From Eledone cirrhosa (taxonomy: Eukaryota): a stretch of DNA of 64,000 nucleotides. Of the stretch, positions 53,601 to 64,000 are shown one piece after another. The notes beneath the pieces are model-generated. The model saw nothing but the letters and a program-made list of their open reading frames with translations, had not been told where the DNA came from and did not search any database. The DNA lies in assembly GCA_964016885.1 (NCBI GenBank), contig OZ024740.1, positions 28,830,001 through 28,894,000 on the forward strand, given 5' to 3'. Position 1 is the stretch's first letter; every line of letters starts with the position of its first letter. A program made the translations under genes and the position numbers.

Positions 53601-56600
53601 CAGTAACAACAACAGTAACAACAACAGTAACAACAACAGTAACATCAGCAGTAACAACAACAGGAACAACAACAGTAACTACAACAGTAACAACAACAGT
53701 AACAACAACTGTAACAACAACAGTAACAACAACAGTAACAACAACAGTAACAACAACAGTAACAACAACGGTAACAACAACTGTAACAACAACAGTAACA
53801 ACAACAGTAACAACAACAGTAACAACAACTGTAACAACAACAGTAACAACAACAGTAACAACAACAGTAACAACAACTGTAACATCAGCAGTAACAACAA
53901 CAGTAACAACAACAGTAACAACAACAGTAACAACAACAGTAACAACAACAGTAACAACAACTGTAAAAACAACAGTAACAACAACAGTAACAACAACAGT
54001 AACAACAACAGTAACAACAACTGTAAAAACAACAGTAACAACAACAGTAACAACAACTGTAACAACAACAGTAACAACAACAGTATCAACAACAGTAACA
54101 ACAACAGTAACAACAACAGTAACATCAGCAGTAACAACAACAGGAACAACAACAGTAACTACAACAGTAACAACAACAGTAACAACAACTGTAACAACAA
54201 CAGTAACAACAACAGTAACAACAACAGTAACAACAACAGTAACAACAACGGTAACAACAACTGTAACAACAACAGTAACAACAACAGTAACAACAACAGT
54301 AACAACAACTGTAACAACAACAGTAACAACAACAGTAACAACAACAGTAACAACAACTGTAACAACAACAGTAACAACAACAGTAACAACAACAGTAACA
54401 ACAACAATAAGAACAACTGTAACAAAAACAGTAACAACAACAGTAACAACAACAGTAACAACAACAATAAGAACAACTGTAACAACAACAGTAACAACAA
54501 CAGTAACAACAACAGTAACAACAACTGTAACAACAACAGTAACAACAACAGTAACAACAACAGTAACAACAACAGTAACAACAACTGTAACAAAAACAGT
54601 AACAACAACAGTAACAACAGCAGTAACACCAACAGTAACAACAACAGTAACAACAGCAGTAACAACAACAGTAACAACAACAGTAACCACAACTGTAACA
54701 CCAGCAGTAACAACAACAGTAACAACAACAGTAACAACAACTGTAACAACAACAGTAACAACAACAGTTACAAAAACAGTAACAACAACTGTAACGACAG
54801 CAGTAACAACAACAGTAACAACAACAGTAACAACAACAGTAACAACAACAGTAACAACAACAGTAACAACAACAGTAACAACAAAAGTAACAACAACTGT
54901 AACAACAACAGTAACAACAACAGTAACAACAACAGTAACAACAACAATAAGAACAACTGTAACAAAAACAGTAACAACAACAGTAACAACAACAGTAACA
55001 ACAACAGTAACAACAACTGTAACAAAAACAGTAACAACAACAGTAACAACAGCAGTAACAACAACAGTAACAACAACAGTAACAACAGCAGTAACAACAA
55101 CAGTAACAACAACAGTAACAACAACTGTAACACCAGCAGTAACAACAACAGTAACAACAACAGTAACAACAACTGTAACAACAACAGTAACAACAACAGT
55201 TACAAAAACAGTAACAACAACTGTAACAACAGCAGTAACAACAACAGTAACAACAACAGTAACAACAACAGTAACAACATCAGTAACAACAACAGTAACA
55301 ACAACAGTAACAACAACAGTAACAACAGCAGTAACAACAACAGTAACAACAACAGTAACAACAACTGTAACAACAACAGTAACAACAACAGTAACAACAA
55401 CAGTAACAACAACAGTAACAACAACTGTAACAACAACAGTAACAACAACAGTAACAACAACAGTAACAACAACAGTAACAACATCAGTAACAACAACAGT
55501 AACAACAACAGTAACAACGACAGTAACAACAACAGTAACAACAACAGTAACAACAACAGTAACAACAACAGTAACAGCAACTGTAACAACAACAGTAACA
55601 ACAACAGTTACAACAACAGTAACAACAACTGTAACAACAACAGTGACAACTGTAACAACAACAGTAACAACAACAGTAACAACAACAGTAACAACAACAG
55701 TAACAACAACTGTAACAACAACAGTAACAACAACAGTAACAACAACAGTAACAACAACAGTAACAACAACTGTAACAACAACAGTAACAACAACAGTAAC
55801 AGCAACAGTAAAAACAACAGTAACAGCAACAGTAACAACAACAGTAACAACAACAATAACAGCAACAGTAAAAACAACAGTAACAGCAACAGTAACAACA
55901 ACAGTAACAACAACTGTAACAACAACAGTAACAACAACAGTAACAACAACAGTAAAACAACAGTAACAACAACAGTAACAACAACAGTAACAGCAGCAGT
56001 AACAACAACAGTAACAACAACTGTAACAACAGCAGTAACAACAACAGTAACAGCAACAGTAACAACAACAGTAACAACAACAGTAACAACAACAGTAACA
56101 ACAACAGTAACAACAGCAGTAATAACAACTGTAACAACAACAGTAACAACAACTGTAACAACAACAGTAACAACAACATCAACAACAACTGTAACAACAA
56201 GAGTAACAACAACAGTAACAACAACTGTAACAACAACAGTAACAACAACAGTAACAACAACAGTAACAACAACTGTAACAACAGCAGTAACAACAACATT
56301 AACAGCAACAGAAACAACAACAGTAACAACAACAGTAACAACAGCAGTAATAACAACTGTAACAACAACAGTAACAACAACTGTAACAACAACAGTAACT
56401 ACAACATCAACAACAACTGTAACAACAACAGTAACAACAACAGTAACAACAACTGTAACAACAACAGTAACAACAACTGTAACAACAACAGTAACAACAA
56501 CAGTAACAACAACAGTAACAACAACAGTAACAACAACAGTAACATCAGAAGTAACAACAGTAGTAATAACAGCAATAACAACAACAGTAACAACAACAGT

Positions 56601-57920
56601 AACAACAGCAGTAACATCAGAAGTAACAACAGTAGTAATAACAGCAATAACAACAACAGTAACAACAACAGTAACAACAGTAGTAATAACAGCAATAACA
56701 ACAACAGTAACAACAACAGTAACACAGCAGTAACATCAGAAGTAACAACAGTAGTAATAACAGCAATAACAACAACAGTAACAACAACAGTAACAACAGT
56801 AGTAATAACAGCAATAACAACAACAGTAACAACAACAGTAACAACAGCAGTAACATCAGAAGTAACAACAGTAGTAATAACAGCAATAACAACAACAGTA
56901 ACAACAACAGTAACAACAGCAGTAACACCAGAAGTAACAACAGTAGTAATAACAGCAATAACAACAACAGTATCAACAACAGTAACAACAGTAGTAATAA
57001 CAGCAATAACAACAACAGTAACAACAACAGTAACAACAGCAGTAACATCAGAAGTAACTACAGTAGTAATAACAGCAATAACAACAACAGTAACAACAAC
57101 AGTAACAACAGTAGTAACAACAACAGTAACAACAACAGTAACAACAACAGTAACAACAGCAGTAACATCAGAAGTAACAACAGTAGTAATAACAGCAATA
57201 ACAACAACAGTAACAACAACAGTAACAACAGCAGTAACAACAGAAGTAACAACAGTAGTAATAACAGCAATAACAAGAGCAGTTACAACAACAGTAACAA
57301 CAGTAGTAATAACAGCAATAAAAAGAGCATTTACAACAACAGTAACAACAGCAGTAACAACAGAAGTAACAACAGTAGTAATAACAGCAATAACAAGAGC
57401 AGTTACAACAACAGTAACAACAGTAGTAACAACAACAGTAACAACAACAGTAACAACAACAGTAACAACAGCTGTAACATCAGAACTAACAACAGTAGTA
57501 ATAACAGCAATAACAACAACAGTAACAACAACAGTAACAACAGCAGTAACATCAGAAGTAACAACAGTAGTAATAACAGCAATAACAACAACAGTAACAA
57601 CAACAGTAACAACAGCAGTAACATCAGAAGTAACAACAGTAGTAATAACAGCAATAACAACAACAGTAACAACAACAGTAACAACAGCAGTAACATCAGA
57701 AGTAACAACAGTAGTAATAACAGCAATAATAACAACAGTAACAACAACAGTAACAACAGCAGTAACATCAGAAGTAACAACAGAAGTAACAACAGTAGTA
57801 ATAACAGCAATAACAACAACAGTAACAACAACAGTTACAACAACAGTAACAACAGCAGTAACATCAGAAGTAACAACAGTAGTAATAACAGCAATAACAA
57901 GAGCAGTTACAACAGTAACA
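14599..57920 (+). repeat. Giant (~43 kb) triplet/12-mer satellite (ACAACAACAGTA and ACAGCAGCAGTA) with higher-order repeats; Thr/Val/Ala-rich pseudo-ORFs
   Basis: Continuous ACA/GCA/GTA array with GTA roughly every 12 bp; marker motifs recur at kb offsets; >30 single-base indels shift frame. Confidence 0.95.
56542..57900 (+). repeat. 72-bp-unit sub-array at the right end of the satellite
   Basis: ACATCAGAAGTAACAACAGTAGTAATAACAGCAATA… at 56542 and 56614 and recurring; translates TSEVTTVVITAITTTVTTTVTTAV. Confidence 0.85.
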
Positions 57921-58214
57921 TCAAAAATTGTATATGCAGAAACTGCAACAGATACTGTAACATAAGCTTGCACAGAAGCTGCCACAGCTGCAGCAACAAT
58001 GGCAGTTGCACTTGTCACATTAGCAACAGCAATGTTGCAGTTGCAACAATATATATGCATGTACAGCAATAGCATCAAAAACTGCTCTTGCAATAGCAGA
58101 ATCAAACAATAGCAACAATGGCAACTGCACATACCACATTTGCAAGAATATCAACAGTAATCACTGCACATAGAGTAACAGTAACAATTGCAGCTCTTAC
58201 ATTAGTCTAAAACT

Positions 58215-58375
58215 CTAAAGTCTGTCTTAAGCCATTTAAGGGTCCTTAAGGTCGGTGCTAATCCGGTTTCATGGTGTGAAGCGACTGAGGATACAACACA
58301 CAACCAGCCCAGGAATCGAACCCACAACATTATGATTGTAAGTCCAACACCCTTACCAGTAGGCCACATGCCGAC
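58215..58375 (-). mobile_element. tRNA-derived SINE fragment (head joined to a probable tail, centre missing)
   Basis: - strand GGCATGTGGCCTACTGGTAAGGG (A box) … GGGTTCGATTCC (B box); head similar to 62578-62650. Confidence 0.65.
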
Positions 58376-58475
58376 ACTCCTAACATTAGCAACAGCTAAA
58401 TTTGTTGTTCTGGTCGTTGCAAAGCAGCAGTTGCGATCTGTTTAATTTGTACTTGCACGACAATAGCATCAACCA

Positions 58476-58629
58476 CAACAACAACAACAATATCCTCTCT
58501 TACGAGCCAACATAGGAGCCTCTGCGTGGCCAGGAGACTTGCTAAAATAGCACAACAACAACAACAATATCCTCTCTTACGAGCCAACATAGGAGCCTCT
58601 GCGTGGCCAGGAGACTTGCTAAAATAGCA
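58476..58629. repeat. Perfect 77-bp tandem duplication (2 copies)
   Basis: caacaacaacaacaatatcctctcttacgagcc…gacttgctaaaatagca at 58476-58552 and 58553-58629. Confidence 0.95.
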
Positions 58630-58741
58630 GCCAAATCACCTCAGGCATGGCTAGGATTCCACTTAATTATACTTATCAATCATGGTTGACCTGGGGCTGA
58701 ATAACATTGTAAATAGCAGACATTTTTCTCACTGATACAGC

Positions 58742-58870
58742 GATGAGGATGATGATGTTAAGGAGGGGGTGGAGCATGAGGAGGAGGGAGAAGGAGGGGT
58801 ATGACGAGGAAGAGGAGGGATGCTGCTATTGCTGTTGATGATGATGATGATAATGATGATGATTATGATA
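58742..58870. repeat. (GAG)n/(GAT)n low-complexity triplet tract
   Basis: Directly visible. Confidence 0.75.
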
Positions 58871-58925
58871 TCTAAGTAATATACAAAGGGAGGATAACGG
58901 CGGTGTGGAGAGAATTCAATATATA

Positions 58926-60110
58926 GTGGTGGCGGTGGTGGTGATGGATATGATGATGGCGCTGGTCGTGGTAGTGGTGGTGGTGGTGGAGGAAGGTGGT
59001 GTTTGATGCAGGTGGTGGTGGTGTCGTGGTAGTGGTGGTGGTGGTGGTGTTAGTGGTTGTAGTGGTGGTGGTGGTGGCTTCGTGGTGGTGGCGGTGGTGA
59101 TGTTAGTGGTTGTAGTGGTGGTTGTGGTGGTGGTGGTGGTGGTGTCGTGGTAGTGGTGGTGGTGGTGTTAGTGGTTGTGGTGGTGGTGGTGGTGGTGCCG
59201 TGGTAGTGGTGGTGGTGGTGTTAGTGGTTGTACTGGTGGTGGTGGTGGTGTCGTGGTAGTGGTGGTGGTGTTAGTGGTTGTAGTGGTGGTGGTGGTGTTA
59301 GTGGTTGTAGTGGTGGTGGTGGTGGTGGTGGTGTCGTGGTAGTGGTGGTGGTGGTGGTGTTAGTGGTTGTAGTGGTGGTGGTGGTGGTGGTGGTGGTGGT
59401 GGTGGTGACGTGGTAGTGGTGGTGGTGGTGTTAGTGGTTGTAGTGGTGGTGGTGGTGGTGGTGGTGGTGGTGTCGTGGTATTGGTGGTGGTGGTGTCAGC
59501 GGTTGTAGTGGTGGTGGTGGTGGTGGTGGTGTCTTGGTAGTGGTGGTGGTGGTGTTAGTGGTGGTGGTGACGGTGGTGGTGTCGTGGTATTGGTGGTGGC
59601 GGTGTTAGTGGTTGTAGTGGTGGTGATGGTGGTGGTGGTGTCGTGGCAGTGGTGGTGGTGGTGTTAGTGGTTTTAGTAGTGGTGGTGGTGTCGTGGTAGT
59701 GGTGGTGGTGGTGTTAGTGGTTGTACTGGTGGTGGTGGTGGTGTCGTGGTAGTGGTGGTGGTGTTAGTGGTTGTACTGGTGGTGGTGGTGGTGTCGTGGT
59801 AGTGGCGGTGGTGGTGTTAGTGGTTGTAGTGGTGGTGGTGGTGGTGGTGGTGGTGGTGGTGTCGTGGTATTGGTGGTGGTGGTGTCAGCGGTTGTAGTGG
59901 TGGTGGTGGTGGTGGTGGTTTCGTGATAGTGGTGGTGGTGGTGTTAGTGGTGGTGGTGGCGGTGGTGGTGTCGTGGTAGTGGTAGTGGTGGTGTTAGTGG
60001 TTGTAGTGGTGGTGATGGTGGTGGTGTCGTTATAGGGGTGGTGGTGGTGTTAGTGGTTGTACTGGTGGTGTTGGTGGTGGTGCCGTTGTAGTGGTGGTGG
60101 TGGTGGTGGT
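58926..60110 (+). repeat. GGT-based minisatellite with variable-length units of ~40-60 bp
   Basis: Alternating anchors GTGTCGTGGTAGT and GTGTTAGTGGTTGTAGT separated by variable (GGT)n. Confidence 0.92.
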
Positions 60111-60189
60111 GAGGGACTTGATGACGTGTGGGTGATTGTAAAGATGGTGTTTATAGTTAATGTTTATAGTTAATGTTTAACTTCAATGT

Positions 60190-60254
60190 ATATGTATGTT
60201 TGGACAACGTGTAGTTGTATATATATATGTATATATATATATATATATATCCAC

Positions 60255-60292
<38 letters not shown>

Positions 60293-60745
60293 CTGATGTG
60301 TGTGTGTGTGTGTGTGTGTGTATGTATTCGTATATATGTGTATATATGCATATATATACATATGAATATATATATAGATGTATGGCTGTATATACACCAT
60401 CAGGCCGGCTGATATACTTTCGATGACGGGGTATGTATGTGTCACATGATTAACCCCTCCCCCAGCCGTACATTCCAGACGTCGTCTCACTATTAGTCAC
60501 CTTATAAAACACATGCAGTGTACCGTCTCTCTGGTCCTCTCAGACAAGCAGCCTATAAAACATACAATATATACCACATGTATATATATCGATACACACT
60601 TATATACACACCAACACACATACATATACGCAAACACACACACATACCCTCTCACACAAATATATATATATATATATATATATATCCATATATGTATGTA
60701 TACACTGTTATATACACACGAACAGACATACACATCCCCCCTCAC

Positions 60746-60830
<85 letters not shown>

Positions 60831-62030
60831 TATATCCATATAACGAAGGAATTGTGGTAAGGATCCAGATGGACCATAAGGCACCAGAGTACTCAATACT
60901 TAGGGTAGTAGAGTGGGTAATAGGAAAAAGTATGACCCCGACGGCAGAGCTCAATATATATATATACACACACATATGTTCATGTTCCGCGTTCTTGCTG
61001 ATATATGCATATTTATGTAGATATAAACGTATACATAGCATAACACTTTTATGAGAACTTAACTTTGTATATACCTATATAAATATGTGTGTATGTGTGA
61101 GTGTGTGGGTGTGTGGGTGTGTGTGTATGTGTGATTATGTCTGTGTCTGTGTGTGTGTGTTTGTGTGTTTGTGTGTGTGTATGTGTGTGTGTCGGCCCAG
61201 TGCCCTGTTACTGTGGAGTTTTCTTGCACCCTACAGATTCATACACACGTCACATACACACAGACGCACATAAACACACACACACACAGGCTCACACATA
61301 CATACATACATAGATATATATATATACCTACTTACATATATATATATATATGTATGTGTGTATATATATGTATGTGTATATAGATATATACATATAAATA
61401 TGTTTATATATATGTGTATACATATATATATATATCATATATATACATATATATATACTACATATACATATATATATATTACATATATATATTATATTAT
61501 ATATATATTATAATTAACATATACTATACATATATATGTGTGTGTGTGTGTTTGTGTATATATATATATATATATATTATATATAATACATATATATATA
61601 TATTATATATATAATATATATATATTAATATAATATACATATACATAATCTAAAGTTATATATATATATTTGTGTGTGTGTGTGTTGTGTGTGTGTAAGT
61701 ATATATTATTTATATATATATATATCTAATCTTATAATAATTTATATACATATATATATTATATTTATATATTATATATATTTTATATTTATATATATAT
61801 ATATATTTATATTATATATATATATATATTATATTATATATAATATATATATTATATTTATATATATATATTATATATATAGTATATATATTATATGTAT
61901 ATTTATTATATATTTATGTTTGTGTGTGTTTGTATATATTATTATATTTATTTATATATATATATATATATAAGAGTAGAGAGAGTGAGATGAGATGAGA
62001 GAGAGAGAGGAATGAGTAGAGGAGAGGGAG
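60190..62030. repeat. (TA)n/(TG)n/(CA)n microsatellite-rich region ending in (GA)n
   Basis: Long TA runs (e.g. 60750-60823), degenerate AT tract 61300-61972, GA tract 61975-62030. Confidence 0.9.
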
Positions 62031-62402
62031 ATGCAGAAGCTTAGCTAACTGAGATTTCAGATAAATTATACGTAGATAAATTACAATTTGATATGGAAGC
62101 CTCATGAAAATAAGAAATGTAGACACACTTTCACCCTACCCCCAGATATTCAAAGAGTTTATCTTATGTGTTTCAGAGATTAGTGTTTCACCATCAGTAT
62201 ATAAGTACCCGTCTGATTCTGTCTACAGAAGGACCTTGATAAGCATCATCTTTGTGTCAAGCAGGGCATAGAATAAAACCATAATGGTCCGTTGAATTTG
62301 CTTGACATGCATTTGTTTCTCGCCGTGATTTATTAAATAATAGATATTTATGTAGAATATAACGTATACTAGATTTATGATAAACTTAATATACATATAA
62401 AT

Positions 62403-62562
62403 AATGATTTAGAATTCAGGCGCAATGCCAACAATTTCGAAGGAAGAGAAAGTCGTCTACATCGCCTCCAGTACTTAAATAGTGTTATTTTTTTATTTTT
62501 TATTTATCCTACCCAGAACGAAGAAAGACAAAGTTGACACTGGCGAGATTTGAACTCAGAAT
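62403..62562 (-). mobile_element. Degenerate, 5'-truncated SINE of the same superfamily as 14021-14200
   Basis: - strand TTCTGAGTTCAAATCTCGCCAGTGTCAACTTTGTCTTTC…. Confidence 0.65.
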
Positions 62563-62577
62563 ACTGCAATGAATTCA

Positions 62578-62728
62578 GGTGAATGCGCATGGCTAGTGGA
62601 TTTAGAGCATTGGGCTTGCAATCGAAAGGTGTGTGTTCAATTCTCGGACGGGTGATGTGTTGTTTCCTGAGCAAGACACTGTATTTCACGTTTCTCCAGT
62701 TTACTTAGCTGTAGAAATGAGATTGCTA
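62578..62728 (+). mobile_element. tRNA-derived SINE with a CORE-like central domain
   Basis: A box TGGCTAGTGG, B box GTTCAATTC, then TTCCTGAGCAAGACACTGTATTTCAC…CTCCAGTTTACTTAGCTGTAGAAATGAG, resembling the CORE-SINE domain. Confidence 0.65.
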
Positions 62729-62926
62729 GGCTGGGGTCCCCAATCATAAGTTACCCAAGACACTTCAACGAGAATATACCCTTGGAGGAGGCCAGCTAAT
62801 CCTGCATAGGTGTGAGCTGTCACACACACAATGTATTTCATTAAAGCACTAACGATTCAGCTAATCCTCCGCATCCAATAATAATGATAATAATAATTTC
62901 TATTAGCCACGAGCGCATCCGATGTT

Positions 62927-63136
62927 AATAATGGTTTCTAATTTAAGCCCAAGTCTAACAATTTGGAGGAGGAGAAATTCAATTAAATCAGCCCAGTGCG
63001 TGACTGGTACTTTATTGTATCGACCCCGAAGGATGAAAGGCAAAGTTAACTTTAGCGGGATTTGGACATAGAAAGTATAAGCCATAATTCTATCCCGCAA
63101 AGCATGATGTTCGACGCTCTACCGATACTGCCAATC
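62927..63136 (-). mobile_element. tRNA-derived SINE, long form
   Basis: - strand TTGGCAGTATCGGTAGAGCGTCG … ACTTTGCCTTTCATCCTTCGGGGTCGATAC…AGTACCAGT…TTAGAAACCATTATT. Confidence 0.8.
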
Positions 63137-63139
63137 CAA

Positions 63140-63321
63140 TAATAATTGTTTCTACTTTTTGCACAAGGCCAGTAATTACCCGTTATTACTGGTACTTCAT
63201 TTATCAACTCGTAAGGATGAATGGCAAAGTTAACCTCGACGGGATTTGAACTCAGATCGTAAAGAGACGTAACTATGCTGGAAAGCATGGTGTCCGACGC
63301 TCTACCGATTCTGCCAATTCA
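63140..63321 (-). mobile_element. tRNA-derived SINE, short form, in tandem with the previous copy
   Basis: A box TGGCAGAATCGG, B box GAGTTCAAATCC; colinear with 14021-14200. Confidence 0.82.
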
Positions 63322-64000
63322 CAATAATAATAACAATAATGGTTTCACAATGGCCGACAATAGGGGACAATAAAGTTGACGGGGGACAGTCTACTGTATT
63401 GTCCCTACATGAGGAGGAGGAAGATTTTGTTTACTGCTCAAAACGACCCGAGACATTATAGAGAAAGTAAAAGGTAAAGTAAAAGGGACAAGTTAAAACA
63501 GTAGATTAACAATGACAATAGTTGTAATAAATAACAATGAAAAGAATACAAAATATTAGCAATGTCAACTAGGAAGACGAGAGGGGACTGCTTTTAGGTA
63601 CTCCCAAGCAACACCCTACACAAAACTCTGGAATACTCTATCGCCTCAAATGCATTGAATACCCTTTCCTAGTTTCTTCAATCCACTTAGAAAAGCGTAA
63701 TCCGAGTAGGCCCTTTCAGCTTCTTGAACCTCGCCCCTGTCCCTTATCTTTAATAAACACACTAGAAGACAGCACCATGACCTACCCTCACCTTCCTCTT
63801 CAAAGTCTACATTAAAAAGAGATCAGCTTCATTGCAGAGATTCACCTCACCTCTATCACTTACTGAAAGACTGTGGGGTCGATTACTCAAAACGAATTCT
63901 TTAATTCTATCTATGAAAATATTTGGCAGGAACTTTTTAATTACTAAGCTAACCAGGCCACGGTGACCAACGGTAAGCAACAGTCACAACGCGACACACG

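Noticed and set aside
14486-57831. Poly-Leu, (CCCY)n and poly-Asn/Ser ORFs in the ORF track
   Set aside because: Alternative-frame read-outs of the triplet array, mostly from non-ATG starts; the frames switch at indels and there is no independent coding evidence
58300-58375. tRNA gene (also considered at 62578-62650 and 63240-63320)
   Set aside because: A and B boxes are present but there is no complete cloverleaf; context indicates SINE heads
58926-60110. Telomeric repeat or Gly-rich protein
   Set aside because: TTAGTGG is not tandem TTAGGG; the frame shifts between units and stops are frequent
60157-62126. YI/CV/HT-repeat ORFs (also 12909-13936)
   Set aside because: Translations of dinucleotide and tetranucleotide microsatellites
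63330-64000. Possible exon or old transposon fragment in the terminal unique-looking sequence
   Set aside because: No ORF of 60 aa or more and no recognisable motif; cannot be supported without a search

Overview
Eukaryotic, gene-poor, repeat-dominated window. It is probably cephalopod (Octopus-like), inferred from my recognition of the tRNA-derived SINEs rather than from a search. (1) 1-12942: six head-to-tail, same-strand (-) copies of an L1/Tx1-clade non-LTR retrotransposon. One is a decayed full-length 5.7-kb copy and five are 5'-truncated. Every visible 3' end runs in register into (TATC)n/(GATA)n with no poly(A), which suggests a (GATA)n-targeting Tx1 family. Its 3' UTR carries two hairpins with compensatory base changes. 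(2) 14599-57920: a ~43-kb strand-asymmetric array built on the 12-mer ACAACAACAGTA, with zones and kb-scale higher-order duplications. It reads (TTTV/TAAV)n on + and (VVTV)n on -, but is broken by >30 mostly -1 indels, many shared between duplicated units. (3) 58-64 kb: SINEs, a 77-bp tandem duplication, a GGT-based minisatellite and TA/TG microsatellites. No intact host protein-coding gene could be supported.
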